NCBI GenBank assembly: GCA_964016885.1
Contig: OZ024743.1
Coordinates: 339,822,001-339,886,000, forward strand
Length of the DNA: 64,000 bases
Source of the DNA: Eledone cirrhosa
Lineage: Eukaryota
Direction: 5' to 3'
Shown: in pieces, positions 12,153 through 24,149 of the stretch
How positions within the stretch are numbered: the first letter of the stretch is position 1
Layout of the letters: each line of letters opens with the position of its first letter
Program-made: the position numbers and the translations under genes
The notes under the pieces: model-generated
What the model was told of the DNA's origin: nothing
The model's input: the letters and a program-made list of their open reading frames with translations, nothing else
Databases searched by the model: none

Positions 12153-12837
12153 CATGACATAAAACCTGTTACAAATAACATCAAATCTCCCTCAAACAAC
12201 ACAGTTTTGAAAAATTATGGGAACATCAGTGAAATATTTTTTTCTGGTGTCTTAGGCAATGCTTGAAGTAGCAATGAGATCTCCCTCAACCCATAGATAC
12301 ATTTAATTGTTTCTACTTTAGGCACAAGACCAGCAATAACCCAGTGCATTACTGGTACTTTATTTTATCGACCCCAATGACAGAAAATTAGAGGAATAGC
12401 AGAGTTATACCGTTAATCACATATACAAGTCTTGGTCAAATCTACTTTAAATTTATATAGTACTTTCCAGCCCTGTAATCTTTCATAAGTATCTCTATAA
12501 AATTGCAATAAAAAAATATGAATTATTATGGAACTTATGCACAAAATAAGTGATGTTACTATTTTAGAAAACTCAGGTAAATATCACGATCAAAGGGAGG
12601 TAAATATGAAACTTTCGACAGTATTTGTGGACATCTAAATGGTTAACAAAAAGCTAGAAACGGCCCCGAACATTGAAATTTATATAAAAGAAAATGCGAA
12701 ATACAACAGCCAAATCTCCCTCAAATCATACATTGTATTATATTTTAGAATGATAGAAAGAGAACCTAAACCTTTTTTTATTTATTTTAATAATGAACCA
12801 AGAAAAATATATCTCAGTATAATTTCAAGCAAACCTT

Positions 12838-13050
12838 ATGGTGGATTGGCAGTATCGAAAGAGCGTCGGACTCCTTGCTTCGCGGCATAGAGTTACGGCC
12901 CTTTATATCCTGAGTTCAAATCCCAGATTAACTTTGCCTTTCATCCTTACGGGATCGATAAAATAAAGCACCAGTAATACAGTGGTGTCAATTTAATCGA
13001 CTTACCCCTCGCCACAAAAATTGTTGGTCTTGCATCTAAAGTAGAAAGAA
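12838..13050 (+). mobile_element. tRNA-derived SINE with Deu/Nin-type domain
   Basis: GGTGGATTGGCAGTATCG head, CTGAGTTCAAATCC B box, then TTTGCCTTTCATCCTTACGGGATCGATAAAATAAAGCACCAG. Confidence 0.65.
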
Positions 13051-13085
13051 TTATATATATATGTATATATATACACACACACATA

Positions 13086-13370
13086 TACAGGGTGTCCCCC
13101 AAAAATATATACATACTTTGATTAGAATGCTGTTGAAGTGTGTATATAAGTCAAAGAAATAACAAAACAGAGATATAAAAGGTCTGATTAGTTTCATGCT
13201 TTATATGGAAAAGGAGAAAAAAAAGCTTGGTATTGTATGAGCAAGACATGGTCATCCAACCTAAATGTCACTATATAGAGGGTAGCTGCTAACAATTGAA
13301 TGTTGGGTTATTAATTATTCAATTCCTTTTTAATTATGAGATTTTTCATTTATTTCAAAGCTGTCTCTTC
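13086..13370 (+). mobile_element. Tc1/mariner-like terminal fragment, copy 2
   Basis: Direct repeat of 11872-12152 starting TACAGGGTGTCCCC. Confidence 0.55.
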
Positions 13371-13667
13371 TGTATTGAAAACAGATTATTAAATGTAGAG
13401 CTCAAAGTATTTATTATGATCAAATATAAAGCCTCAAAACGAAACAGACACACATACACACATCTGTATACTGTAAGCATATACACACATATTTATACAA
13501 ACACACACACACACAAATGTGTGTGTGCATTTGTATAAATGTGTGTGCGTGTGTTTATTTCTTCACTAGCAAATGTCTCCTGTTTTCAATCAATTTTATT
13601 AACATTGATAGCCACTTATTTTAGTGATCACTTAAAAAAAAAACTGTTACAGGACACACACACACGT

Positions 13668-13694
13668 ATATATATTATATATATATATATATAC

Positions 13695-13776
<82 letters not shown>
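13668..13776. repeat. (TA)n microsatellite
   Basis: About 110 bp of nearly pure TA. It explains the poly-IY ORFs in the track. Confidence 0.97.
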
Positions 13777-13781
<5 letters not shown>

Positions 13782-14541
13782 GTGAGACCTGGGCATTGTG
13801 TGCAGAGGATATACGCAGACAAGAGAGGAACGAAGCTTGCATGCTCCGCTGGATGTGTAACAGTAATATACGTGAGAACGGCAAAGCATAAACGAACTAA
13901 GGAAAAAATTAGAGATAAGAGGGATCAGATGTTGTTTACTCGAGAGAAGGCTACGTTGGTATGGACACGTGATGCGCATGAAAGTCGATAGCTGTATAAC
14001 AAAGTGCAGGGCAATAAAGATAGACGGTAGCCACGGAATAGGCAGACCTAGAAAAACCTGGGACGAGCTGATAAACTCCGACCTCACACACTTACACCTC
14101 TCCAAGACAATGTCACTGGACCGAGACCTTTGGCGGTACTCAGTAACAGAGAAGACCCGCCTTGCCAGTAGGCATCTCTAACAAAATACACCCCGTCCCG
14201 CCACCACCCCCACCCATCCACACCACCCCGTTCTATGTAAAGTTATGTTGGTGCCGCGCCATCCAGGCCGAAACAAATGAGATCGTGTAGGTGTCACGAC
14301 AAAAAAAAACACACAGTCCACGCTGTAATGTGGCCGTGTAGGCAACACGGTAAAAACCTCCCAGACCCACACTGTAAATGTGGTTGGTGTTAGGAAGGGC
14401 ATCCAACTGTAGAAAACCTGCCAGACAGTCCTATGCGAGCAAGACAATCACTCTTGCCTCAAGTGGGACTACCCCCGTCCAAACCCATGCAAGCGTGGAA
14501 CACGGACGTTAAACGTTGATGATGATGATGATGATGATGAT
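13777..14541 (+). mobile_element. RTE LINE 3' fragment with 3' UTR and (GAT)n tail
   Basis: RRLRWYGHVMRM...GIGRPRKTWDELI...DRDLWR ORF2 end, followed by a UTR and GATGATGAT tail. Same subfamily as 48396-49780 and 55141-55765. Confidence 0.85.
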
Positions 14542-14629
14542 AGTGTTAGGAAGGGCATCCAACCAGTGTATCAATGCCAAAACGATTATAAGCACAGCAA
14601 CAAGTTTATAGGAACAACAAAAATATGAA

Positions 14630-17600
14630 GACGTCGCATCTCAGAGTTGCAACACTTAATGTTGGTACTCTCTCAGGTAGATCTACTGAAATAGCGGAGA
14701 TGCTGGAGGAAGACATGTGGATGTGTGCTGTGTGCAAGGGGTGAGATGGAGAGGTGCCTCTGCGAGACTAGTCGCAGGCAAACATCTTAGTTATAAGCTT
14801 TTCTGGGTAGGTAAGGATGATGGGTTAGGGGGAGTAGGCATTTTCCTGGCTGAGAGATGGATCAATAAGACAATAGAGGTAGTTTGAGTTAGTAATCGAA
14901 TAATTAAGTTTAGATTAGTTGTAGGCAGGAGACTACTGACAATCATCTCTGCCTATGCTCCCCAAGCAGGCCTAAGCAGAGAAGAGAAAGACTGCTTTTA
15001 CAAGCAACTTTTACAAACAACCGCAATGACAGAGGACGGAGACATCGTTATGCTAGCAGGGGACTTCAATGGTCATGTTGGACAGCTCCAGGATGATTAC
15101 ACTGGGGTACATGGTGGGCACGGTTACGGCTCAAGAAATGAAGAAGGAGTGAGACTTCTTGAATTTTGTGATGCAAGTGCACTAACCATTTGCAGCACTA
15201 ACTTCCAGATACCTGCCAACCACCTAATATCCTACAAATCAGGCGAGCACATAAGCCAGATTGACTTCTTACTAGTTAGGCAGCGGGACAGGCAGATGAT
15301 ATCAAATACCAAGGCATACCCTGGGTAAGAATGTATCCCACAGCATAGGTTAGTCGTTAGTGATATCTCAGTAAGCAAGAGATGGAATGAGACATACAGG
15401 AAGGTCTGGAAGCTAAAAGACCTTTCACTAAAATACAAATTTAGGAAAGCCCTTCAAGATGTGTATGACGAAATAAAAGACGATTTAGAGACGTATGACA
15501 TAGATAATAACTGGAATTTCTTACGTGACAACTTACTGCAGGCTACAGATGAAACTTGTGGCTGGAACAGAGCTCCAACCAGACAGAGCGTGACCTGGTG
15601 GTGGAATAGCACAGTAGATAAGGCCATTAGAGACAAAAGACTAGCATGGAAGGCTTGGAAAAAGGGTGGTAGTAGAGAAGGATATACAGCCTCTAAGAAA
15701 GAAGCTAGACGTCAGGTGTACTTAGCACGCAGGGAGGCTGAAGGTAGGAGGTTTGCCAATGTTCTGTGACGGGAAGATCAGAGGCGTGCAGTATTCCACA
15801 TTGCAAGGCAGTGTGTCAATGCAATTCAGGATGTTGTTGGAGATAAATATGTCCGGAATGATGCCGGTGTACTTAGTGTCACAAATGATCAGAAAAAGGA
15901 GGCCTGGAAATGTTATTATGAGAGACTGATGAATGTGGAGAACGAATGGGAGAGAGAGAGAAATTACCCTCAGTAGATCCGACAGAGGGACCAACTATTG
16001 AGATTGACTAATATAGGGTCCAAGAGGCGATTAAGGAAATGAAAAATGGTAAGGCTGCTGGACCATCGGGGATAGTTGCTGAGATGCTGAAGGCATCAGG
16101 GGACATAGGCACTAAACTGGTTGCACGCATCATCAATCAGGCTATATATGGTGGTGTCATACCCAAAGACTGGTGCAGCAGTATTCTCATAAATTGCTAC
16201 AAAGGTAAAGGGGATTCTCTGGATAGGAGCAGTTATAAGGGTATAAAACTGATGGATCAGGTTATGAAAGTGGCAGAAAGGATATTAGCACAACTAATTA
16301 GAGAAAGGGTCAAACTAGATGAGATGCAGTTTGGTTTTGTGCCTGGGAAAAGTACAACAGATGTCCTTTTCTTGGTGAGACAATTACAAGAGAGGTTCTT
16401 AGAGAAGAATAAGCCACTATACTTAGCCTTTGTTGACCTAGAGAAGGCCTTTGATAGGGTACCCCGATCTGTCATCTGGTGGGCCCTAAGGAAACTAGGT
16501 GTTGAGGAATGGCTCGTGAGGACAGTGCAAACTTTGTACAGAGGTGCTGTCAGTAAAGTCAGGGTAGGAATGGAGTTTAGTGAGGAATTCCAGATACAAG
16601 TAATAGTACATCAAAGTTCAGTCCTTAGCCCGCTCTTGTTCATTATAGCCATAACAGAGGAGTTTAAGACTGGCTGTCCATGGGAACTTCTCTATGCTGA
16701 CGATCTGGTTCTTATAGCAGAATCGGTAGAGGAGCTAGAGAATAAATTCTGGCTATGGAAACAGCAGTTGGAAGCAAGAGGACTGAGAGTGAACCTAGCT
16801 AAAACAAAAGTGTTGATGAGTAGAAAAGAGGACAAAACTCTGATTCCGTCAGGGAAATGGTCATGTTCAATATGCAGAAAAGGAACTGGCATAAATTCTA
16901 TAAAATGCACACAATGCAGATTCTGGGTACACAAGAGATGTAGTGGGATAGCAGGCAAACTAACAGGTAGGGAGAAATACGTATGCAGTAGATGTACAGG
17001 GAAATTAGACAGTAGAAGTCGCATTGATAGACACATTTTTCAAATGCAGGCAGGTGCTATAGAAGTGGTGGATAGCTTCCGGTACCTAGGAGATCAGATT
17101 AGCATGGGAGGGGGTGTTCCGAGGCCATAGTATCTAGAATAAGGACGGGTTGGAAGAAGTTTAGGGAGCTGCTTCCTCTGCTAACGAAGAAGGGTTTCTC
17201 CCTGCGTACGAAAGGCCGGTTATATGATGCCTGTGTGAGGAGCGCGATGTTGCATGGTAGTGAGACATGGGCAGCAGCTGCAAAGGATATGCGACGGCTG
17301 GAGAGAAATGAGGCAAGCATGCTCCGTTGGATGTGCAATGTCAATGTGCGTGAACGACCCAGCATAAATGTGTTGAGAGAGAAACTGTGTCTGAGAGGGA
17401 TAGAATGTAGTGTGCGAGAGAGGAGACTGAGGTGGTATGGACATGTGATGCGCATGGAGGATGACCGATGGGTGAAGAAGTGCCAGGAAATGCCAGTTGA
17501 AGGAAGACGTGGTAGAGGTAGACCACGAAAAACATGGGCGGAGGTAGTGAGAACAGACCTCAGATCGCTGAAGCTTACGGTGGAGATGACGAAGGACCGT

Positions 17601-17684
17601 GACAAGTGGAGAGATGCTGTGCTGTATAAGACCCATCCCACCCTTGTAAGCAGGGAAAAGCGGACGTAAAATGATGATGATGAT
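14630..17684 (+). mobile_element. Near full-length RTE-clade LINE (APE endonuclease, RT with embedded PHD finger), disrupted by stops and frameshifts
   Basis: APE motifs (RVATLNVGT, SAYAPQ, LAGDFNGHVG, SQIDFLLV), RT motifs (GKAAGPSGI, QFGFVPGKSTTD, FVDLEKAFDRV, LYADD, FRYLG), C-terminal MLHGSETW and GRPRKTW, and a (GAT)n tail. Confidence 0.92.
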
Positions 17685-17850
17685 ATATATATATATGGTA
17701 TTAGGATTGGTGCTCCTAAATAGCGATGTATACATGTATGTATGTATAGTATATTTGGGAATATACCGTATGTTTAATTAAAACATTTAGAAGACCATAC
17801 GCTATCAGTTTTAAAGTAGTGACTAAATCACTTCTTTTCAGTGAAAGTAG

Positions 17851-17910
17851 GGAGAGAAGCTGACAGTCTGTTTCACGCTGGTTGGCGTTCAGCAGAGCCA
17901 CGTACTCTCC
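17851..17910 (-). ncRNA. Type I hammerhead ribozyme fold with a core substitution (CUGCUGA)
   Basis: Minus strand: GGAGAG-TACGT-GGCT-CTGCTGA-ACGC-CAACCA-GCGT-GAA-ACAG-A-CTGT-C-AGCT-T-CTCTCC. All three stems pair; core A6 is changed to C. Confidence 0.65.
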
Positions 17911-18224
17911 TGCTTCTGCCGAAAATTATAGAAGCTGGATTCTTATAGAATTCCAGTAATAATCATGAGATGATTATACAGAGCGATTGCCAGTCCAGCA
18001 AAAATTAGGTATTTTTAAAACTGATAGCATATGGTCTTCTAAATGTTTTAATTAAACATACGGTATATTGCCAAATATATTATGCATACATTCATGTGTA
18101 CATCACTATTTCAGAGCACCAATCCTAATACCTAATTTTTGCTGGACCGGCAATCGCTCTGTATAATCAGCTCCTGATTATTACTGTATAAGAATCTAGC
18201 TTCTATAATTTTCGGTGGAGGCAA

Positions 18225-18282
18225 GGGAGTGCGTGGTTCTGATGAACGCCAACCAGCGTGAAACAGACTGTCAGCTTCTCTT
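18225..18282 (+). ncRNA. Type I hammerhead ribozyme, intact core; predicted cleavage after GUC at 18272
   Basis: GGGAG-TGCGT-GGTT-CTGATGA(18239-45)-ACGC-CAACCA-GCGT-GAA-ACAG-A-CTGT-C-AGCT-T-CTCTT. Canonical CUGAUGA/GAAA/GUC core, 4-bp stem II, near-palindromic stem III and a bulged stem I. Confidence 0.8.
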
Positions 18283-18883
18283 CCTTCTTTCGCCAAAAAG
18301 AAGTAAGTGACATAGTCTCTACTTTAAAACTTGTTGGTACATCGAATATCGAGTAATAAAATTGTGACAAGAATTATCACTACATTATTTGCTGACTAGC
18401 TACTTCGAGCTAGCATGTATGATGTATCAATACAACAATATAATAGATGTGAAATAACAGGAAGACAAAAGATTAGTGAACAAGATAAGACCTACTGCGT
18501 GTGCGTTTGTGTTTGTTGTCTATCCTGTAGTTGCTCGATTTTGCCGAGCTGGTATGAAATGTGAGAGCCTGAGGCCAGGAGAGAGAAAGGGTGAAATATC
18601 TGTATATGGCTACATCGTTATCTGTTTCGTGGTCTCTCTGCCTCCTGGATTCCCTAAGCACTTGTATCTATAATAACCCTATAGCTAGAAGGATGTGTAT
18701 ATGGGTTGATTTATGAGAAGCCATGTGTGTTTCATCTGTCAAGAAGCTGGGGTCATAGTTCAAGTGGTATGTACGTTTATGTACTTGCCTCTTGACAGGA
18801 CAATGGTGTGAACTCCCAACAATAGGTGGTTTTAGAGGCGAGAAACCTCAGATTCGGTTTCGAATCTTCGCCAGGATAATTCC

Positions 18884-19009
<126 letters not shown>

Positions 19010-19187
19010 TGTAATAGGGTGAAAGCAGAAATTTTGCTTACACTTTAATCTGTACTAACAATAAATATTTGCTCTACGGTTTATATATACTTTTATATAT
19101 AATCCTTATCAAGCCCTCTTCAGATTTTGGTCTTTCTACTTTGTTTTGTAAGGTTTCTTATGTGAAAACGTGTGCTGATATAGATAT

Positions 19188-19448
19188 TGTTATACTTTGG
19201 GAGGGTCTTGCTGTGACTTCCTCAGTGACAAAAACAAGATGGTGTAGGACAGAACAAAGGAGAGACACAAAATAAGAAACCAGTCATTAAGGTCACAGAA
19301 TGTGCGACAAAAGAGCTTTAACAATATATAAACAACCATTCGGATATTGAACCAACCAACCAACCAGAAATTTATAATAAATTGAAGTGAAAACCAACAA
19401 ATGTATGTTTTCACTAGCAGCATGATTCCCCATCCCCCAAGTATAACA
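19188..19448. mobile_element. TGT...ACA element with 4-bp TSD (Ginger-like MITE or solo LTR)
   Basis: Termini TGTTATACTTTGGGAGGG / CCATCCCCCAAGTATAACA, flanked by ATAT on both sides. Confidence 0.5.
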
Positions 19449-21370
19449 ATATATATATATTTATATATATTTTATTATATTTATATATTTTATTATATTT
19501 TATTATATTTATTTGGTGAAGGCATGTGGCTGAGTGGTTAGAGAATTGGATTCACAATCTTGAGGTTGTGAATTTGATTCCTGAACTGGGGGATGCGTTA
19601 TGTCCTTGAGCAAGACAACTTTATTTCATGTTGCTCCTTCTACCTGGAGTTGCGACTGATAGATAGTAATAGCAACTGAAAAGACCGATGAAAACATTGT
19701 TTCCTCGGTCCGATTTGACTTTTTTTTTTAATATATATATATATACAATATATGATTATAGTGGAGTACTTCACAATTATCTTTGGTAAGGTGAGAGAAG
19801 CTCTATGCACATTACAATCCTTGGTACATCAGGAGTTTAAAACGGATGAATAAGTCATCGACAGTTAAAGTTCTTGTTGTTGGGGACAGTTCAAATAGCA
19901 GAGCATTAATATTGAACATGACGAAAGACCAAGGTTAACAACTAATGTTCACTCTTTTATTTCTATGCCCGTTTCAATATGGTTACAATGATACATACAT
20001 ATGCAGAACAACTGGAAATGATTATTTGTTATGTACTGTTGATGAAGCTGCCAGCAGTAAGTAATGCTTATTGCAGAAATGTGGTACCCACAACAAAGAG
20101 TATAACCAATTTTTCTTCTTCCCTGTTAAATTAGTTTTTCTTTTCTTCTTTCTGATGAAGTGTAATCACAGTTACATAATGCATATGAATGAACATTGTA
20201 TAATGTAGTCAGTGGATGCAGACTGTTAATTAATTGTACAGAAACACGTGTTAAAGATTGAGCACAATAAATTTCTCCATCTGTCCACATCTTCCTGCCT
20301 AGTTTTTCCTGATTTTTTCTTGATACCATATTCATACTTATATATATACAGTGCAGGTGGTTCAGTGAAGCACCCTATGCACAGGCAGAGTATATATATT
20401 AGAAAAAAATTAGGTTAAAACCTGTTATGCATGTATCACAGAGGATTGGCTCAAGGGCACTCATAGGAGTTATGGATCCAACTCCACTATCAATCTGCTC
20501 TTCAGACTGGCAATGTGACGAAAAAAAAAAATGTTGTGAACAAACTGAAGGGTCCTCTTAACCCTTTCTTTGGCATATTTTCTATGGCTGGGAGCCCTTT
20601 CTAATGCAAATCATTTTACAGGGTGTACTGGGTGCAGTTTTCATAGCACCAACACCAGAAAGGTTGTTGTATCCACGACATGACTGAATCGTTATCTCAA
20701 CCCTTTTGGCATGGCTTCTACAGTTGAATGCCCTTCCTAAATGCTAACCCCTTTATTGAGAGTACTTGGTGCATTTTATTGTGGTACCAGCACTAAGGAG
20801 GTAATCAGTCATTGACTTGACAGAAGAGACTTCCCTACACTATGGGTGAGAGGGGAATAGGATACCTTGTCTCAAGGCAGATAAGCTTAGGGGATGAGAA
20901 TAGGAGAGAGGGGTAAGGAGGTTGACAAGTATGATGTCATGAATGTATGACAAGTGTGGCAGGATTTAAGCGGGTGATATGAAGGCGAAAGGGCTAGAAG
21001 TAATGTAGAATAGAGTTGAGGGGTACTGTGGTAGTGAGAGTAGTTACCAAAGTGCGATGATGGAGGGGTTGGGTACATATGGGCCAGAAGTTACATCTGC
21101 TACATGGTTACAACACAGAATATGCATTAAATGGGAGAAGAGATAGTATAGAAAGGTATAGTGGACACTATAGCAGAAATGGAGGAGTTAATAGGGTATC
21201 TTGTTTTTATACCAGTTTTCTCTTGAACTGCACATCACCAATGATTGCAGTCCTTTATTATCTCTGTTATGAGATTCAGCTTCTTAATGTTGGTCTTTGT
21301 CCCTCACTGATTCATCCTGTGTATTCTTGGGTCTATCTCTTTTACAGGCAAATATAGTGGGTGTAGCTAA

Positions 21371-21925
21371 TGTAATAAACTAAATAGAATTGGCAGGTTT
21401 GTAGCAAGAGTTGCCTCCCTTGTCATGACAATCTCATCACCGCACTCTAGACAGGAAGTAGCTGGAGTTGCTTCCCTTTGGGATTGACAGACTTCCTGTT
21501 GGTCACTTCCGGTCACCTCCTATAAAAGGAACAGGTTACCACGATATCTCTCTCTTGCCTCCTGATTTCCGAAGTGGTAACACCTGCGACCTTAGCTTGT
21601 GATGATTCCTTCTTGATAATCCTTCGCTACCAAGAACAATGCAACTTGCATCCTGAGAGCCTAAGATGTCAATACCAGCTAGAAAAGATCTCTTCTTTTC
21701 TCTACCAACTTCAGCCTCGAGTTATGACCATCGGGTAACAAATCCTTAATATTTAATACCTTTGACTTCCATGAAGTAAAAACATTATTATAACACACAC
21801 ACCGGTATTTACTGTCTTTTTTATGTTATATGTACACCGATACTAATCTCCTAAAGGTTTTTTAATCCTTTCTAGGAAATGAATGTTTAGATATTACGAA
21901 AATTAATATTAATTATATTTATACA
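21371..21925 (+). mobile_element. Possible solo LTR
   Basis: TGTAATAAA...TTTATACA termini, internal TATAAAAGG, and ACAGGAAGT/ACTTCC motifs. No TSD was found. Confidence 0.3.
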
Positions 21926-21974
21926 ACCACTTACACACACACTCAAAACTGCACACCCACATACTTCTATCTAT

Positions 21975-23110
21975 CTAGGGCGGGTCAAATTCCCGAGATC
22001 CATGAACGAGTTCTCTCCGGCGGTCTCTGTCCCTCATTATCGCTACCATGTCCTGCGTCTCCAACAGACCAGTGTCTGTCCTTAGGGCCTCAACGTATGT
22101 TAACTTTGGTCTTCCTTTTCCAGTGTGTCCATGCAGGGGCTCCCACAAGAGCACTGAGTGCAGTGTCAACTCTGGATGTCGGTGAGCATGTCCAGCTAAC
22201 CTCAGTCTCCTCTGTGTCACTTTTGAGCTGACTTTTGGGAGGCTCCCGTACAGCTCTGAGTTCTTCATCCTCAGTGTATGTTGATTAATGTTCTGAGCCA
22301 TCCTCAGCATTCTCGTGTAGCACCCATCCACTATCTAAGTGAGTTTCTTGGTTAGTGTCCAAGTCTCAGACCCGTACAGCAGCACAGACTCCACTACAAC
22401 AACGAAAAGGCGGATCTTCAGGCCTTTACGAAGGTCTGACTTCCACACCGATCTCAAGCTGTGACACGCCACCCAGGCTTTGCTCTTCCTCTCGACCACA
22501 TCATCTTCTGTATTCCCAATCTTTGCTTCCAAATACAGGAAATTCTCAACCAATTCTAGGGGCTTCCCGCCTACATTAGTAATCTTCTCTGGTTTCTTAA
22601 TATTCTCTACCAGATATTTTGTCTTAATCTCATTCATTCTCAGCCCCACACCCATTGATACAGTCTCCACCTCCTGCATCAAATCCTCTGCCTCCTTCAC
22701 TGTGTTTGTCACCAAAACTATGTCATCGGCAAATTCAGCATCCGATATCTTTTTTGCCTTAACTCTCCTGCTCTGAGCCGGTGTTACAGTAAAGCCAGAG
22801 TCCTGGTGTTTCTCCAGTGCAAGGCGCATACAATAGTCCACTACGATGATAAAAAGGTAGGGAGCCAATGTATCTCCCTGGAGCACTCCAGCCAGTATCT
22901 CAAAGAACTCTGTCGTCCCATCGGGTGTAATGACTTGGGATTTGGTGTTGGTGTAGAGCAGTGATATCAGGTCCACTAGCTTCTTGGGGATTCCATAAGC
23001 CTGTAAGATCTTCATCAGGCAGTAACGGTCACAGAATCAAAGGCCTTACTAAAGTCAATGAAAACCATGACAGCAGGAAGGCACTTTGCCCTAGCTCCCT
23101 CTAATATCCA
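21975..23110 (-). mobile_element. RTE-clade LINE RT/3' fragment (second family)
   Basis: FIDFSKAFDSV, GVLQGDTLAPYLFIIVVDY, EFADD, LLYGSETWTL and RRLRLAGH motifs. Confidence 0.85.
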
Positions 23111-23158
23111 CATGCTTAAAAATACATAAAGACAAGAACAAACACACACACACACACA

Positions 23159-23187
<29 letters not shown>

Positions 23188-23191
<4 letters not shown>

Positions 23192-23805
23192 GAAAAAAGT
23201 TTGTCCTTCATCAATGATCTTCCAACCATCATAGGCATTTCATCGCTTTAAAGACCATATACCTCCGGTTGGTGCGAGCAACGGCTAAAAAAAGTCGTTG
23301 GGACACGTAAATAAAGGGGACGCGAGGGTAAACAAACAAAATGGTGAAGCAACAGAAAGTGAGGAAGAAAGAGACAAGTCCCAGATTTCTATGAATTTAA
23401 GTTCGGTGAAATCGTGAACGAGAGAATAAAGACCATTTTCTCTCTCGTCTACGATTTCACAGAACTTATGTTTACCGAATTCGCAGACCAGGCCCCTTCT
23501 TCCTCCCATTAGACCTGTGCGAAATTCCTTCCTTGCTCACATTTCAACCAGGTTTGATGGTCTTTATTCTCTCGTTCACGATTTCACCGAACTTAAATTC
23601 ATAGAAATCTGGGACTTGTCTCTTTCTTCCTCACTTTCTGTTGCTTCACCATTTTGTTTGTTTACCCTCGCGTCCCCTTTATTTACGTGTCCCAACGACT
23701 TTTTTTAGCCGTTGCTCGCACCAACCGGAGGTATATGGTCTTTAAAGCGATGAAATGCCTATGATGGTTGGAAGATCACTGATGAAGGACAAACTTTTTT
23801 CATAT
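23188..23805. repeat. Near-perfect 249-bp inverted repeat with 120-bp spacer (foldback element)
   Basis: 23188-23436 is the reverse complement of 23557-23805; I found one mismatch. It sits next to a TA microsatellite. Confidence 0.9.
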
Positions 23806-23841
23806 GTAACCTATTTGCAACTCCGCAGCGCCCTTATTATC

Positions 23842-23878
<37 letters not shown>

Positions 23879-24149
23879 CACACAGATCTATATATATGTA
23901 TGCTTACATACATATATAAAAGAGATACCAGCTGGTCTGAAAACACTGTACCACAGCAACTGGCAATAAAAAAACTGAAAAAACTCTGGGAAACTAAATC
24001 AGAACAACCTGCCATCCCCTGCAAATAATAATTGTTTCTACTTTTGGCACAAGGCCAACAAATTCCCCAGTGCATTACTGCAAATAATAATAGACTGGAA
24101 TCAACGTACAAATTGTTGTCCTTAAATGCATGTAGTCTATGCAATAAGA

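Larger units (their letters stand above)
17697..18331. mobile_element. Head-to-head pair of ~310-bp circularly permuted monomers, each with a hammerhead ribozyme (retrozyme / Penelope pLTR-like)
   Basis: Arrangement is A-B-A'-B'. Monomer 1 (17697-18013) is bounded by a repeated GGTATT; monomer 2 (18014-18331, inverted) is bounded by a repeated TTTAAAACT. Confidence 0.75.

Noticed and set aside
13539-14105. ORFs with long IYIYIY tracts
   Set aside because: They are translations of the (TA)n microsatellite joined to an RTE fragment.
16257-17735. Several 60-180 aa minus-strand ORFs
   Set aside because: They are antisense shadows of the RTE ORF2. The same applies to antisense ORFs over the other LINE and ZNF sequences.
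18840-18880. Minus-strand CTGGCGA-AGATTCG-AAAC-CGAATCT-GAGG as a hammerhead
   Set aside because: Three core positions differ and stems I and III are absent. Only a 7-bp hairpin is supported.
19770-20335. Minus-strand TLTVDDLFIRFK resembling a piggyBac transposase motif, and ORF 20126-20335
   Set aside because: A single short motif with no neighbouring conserved motifs or TIRs is not enough to call.
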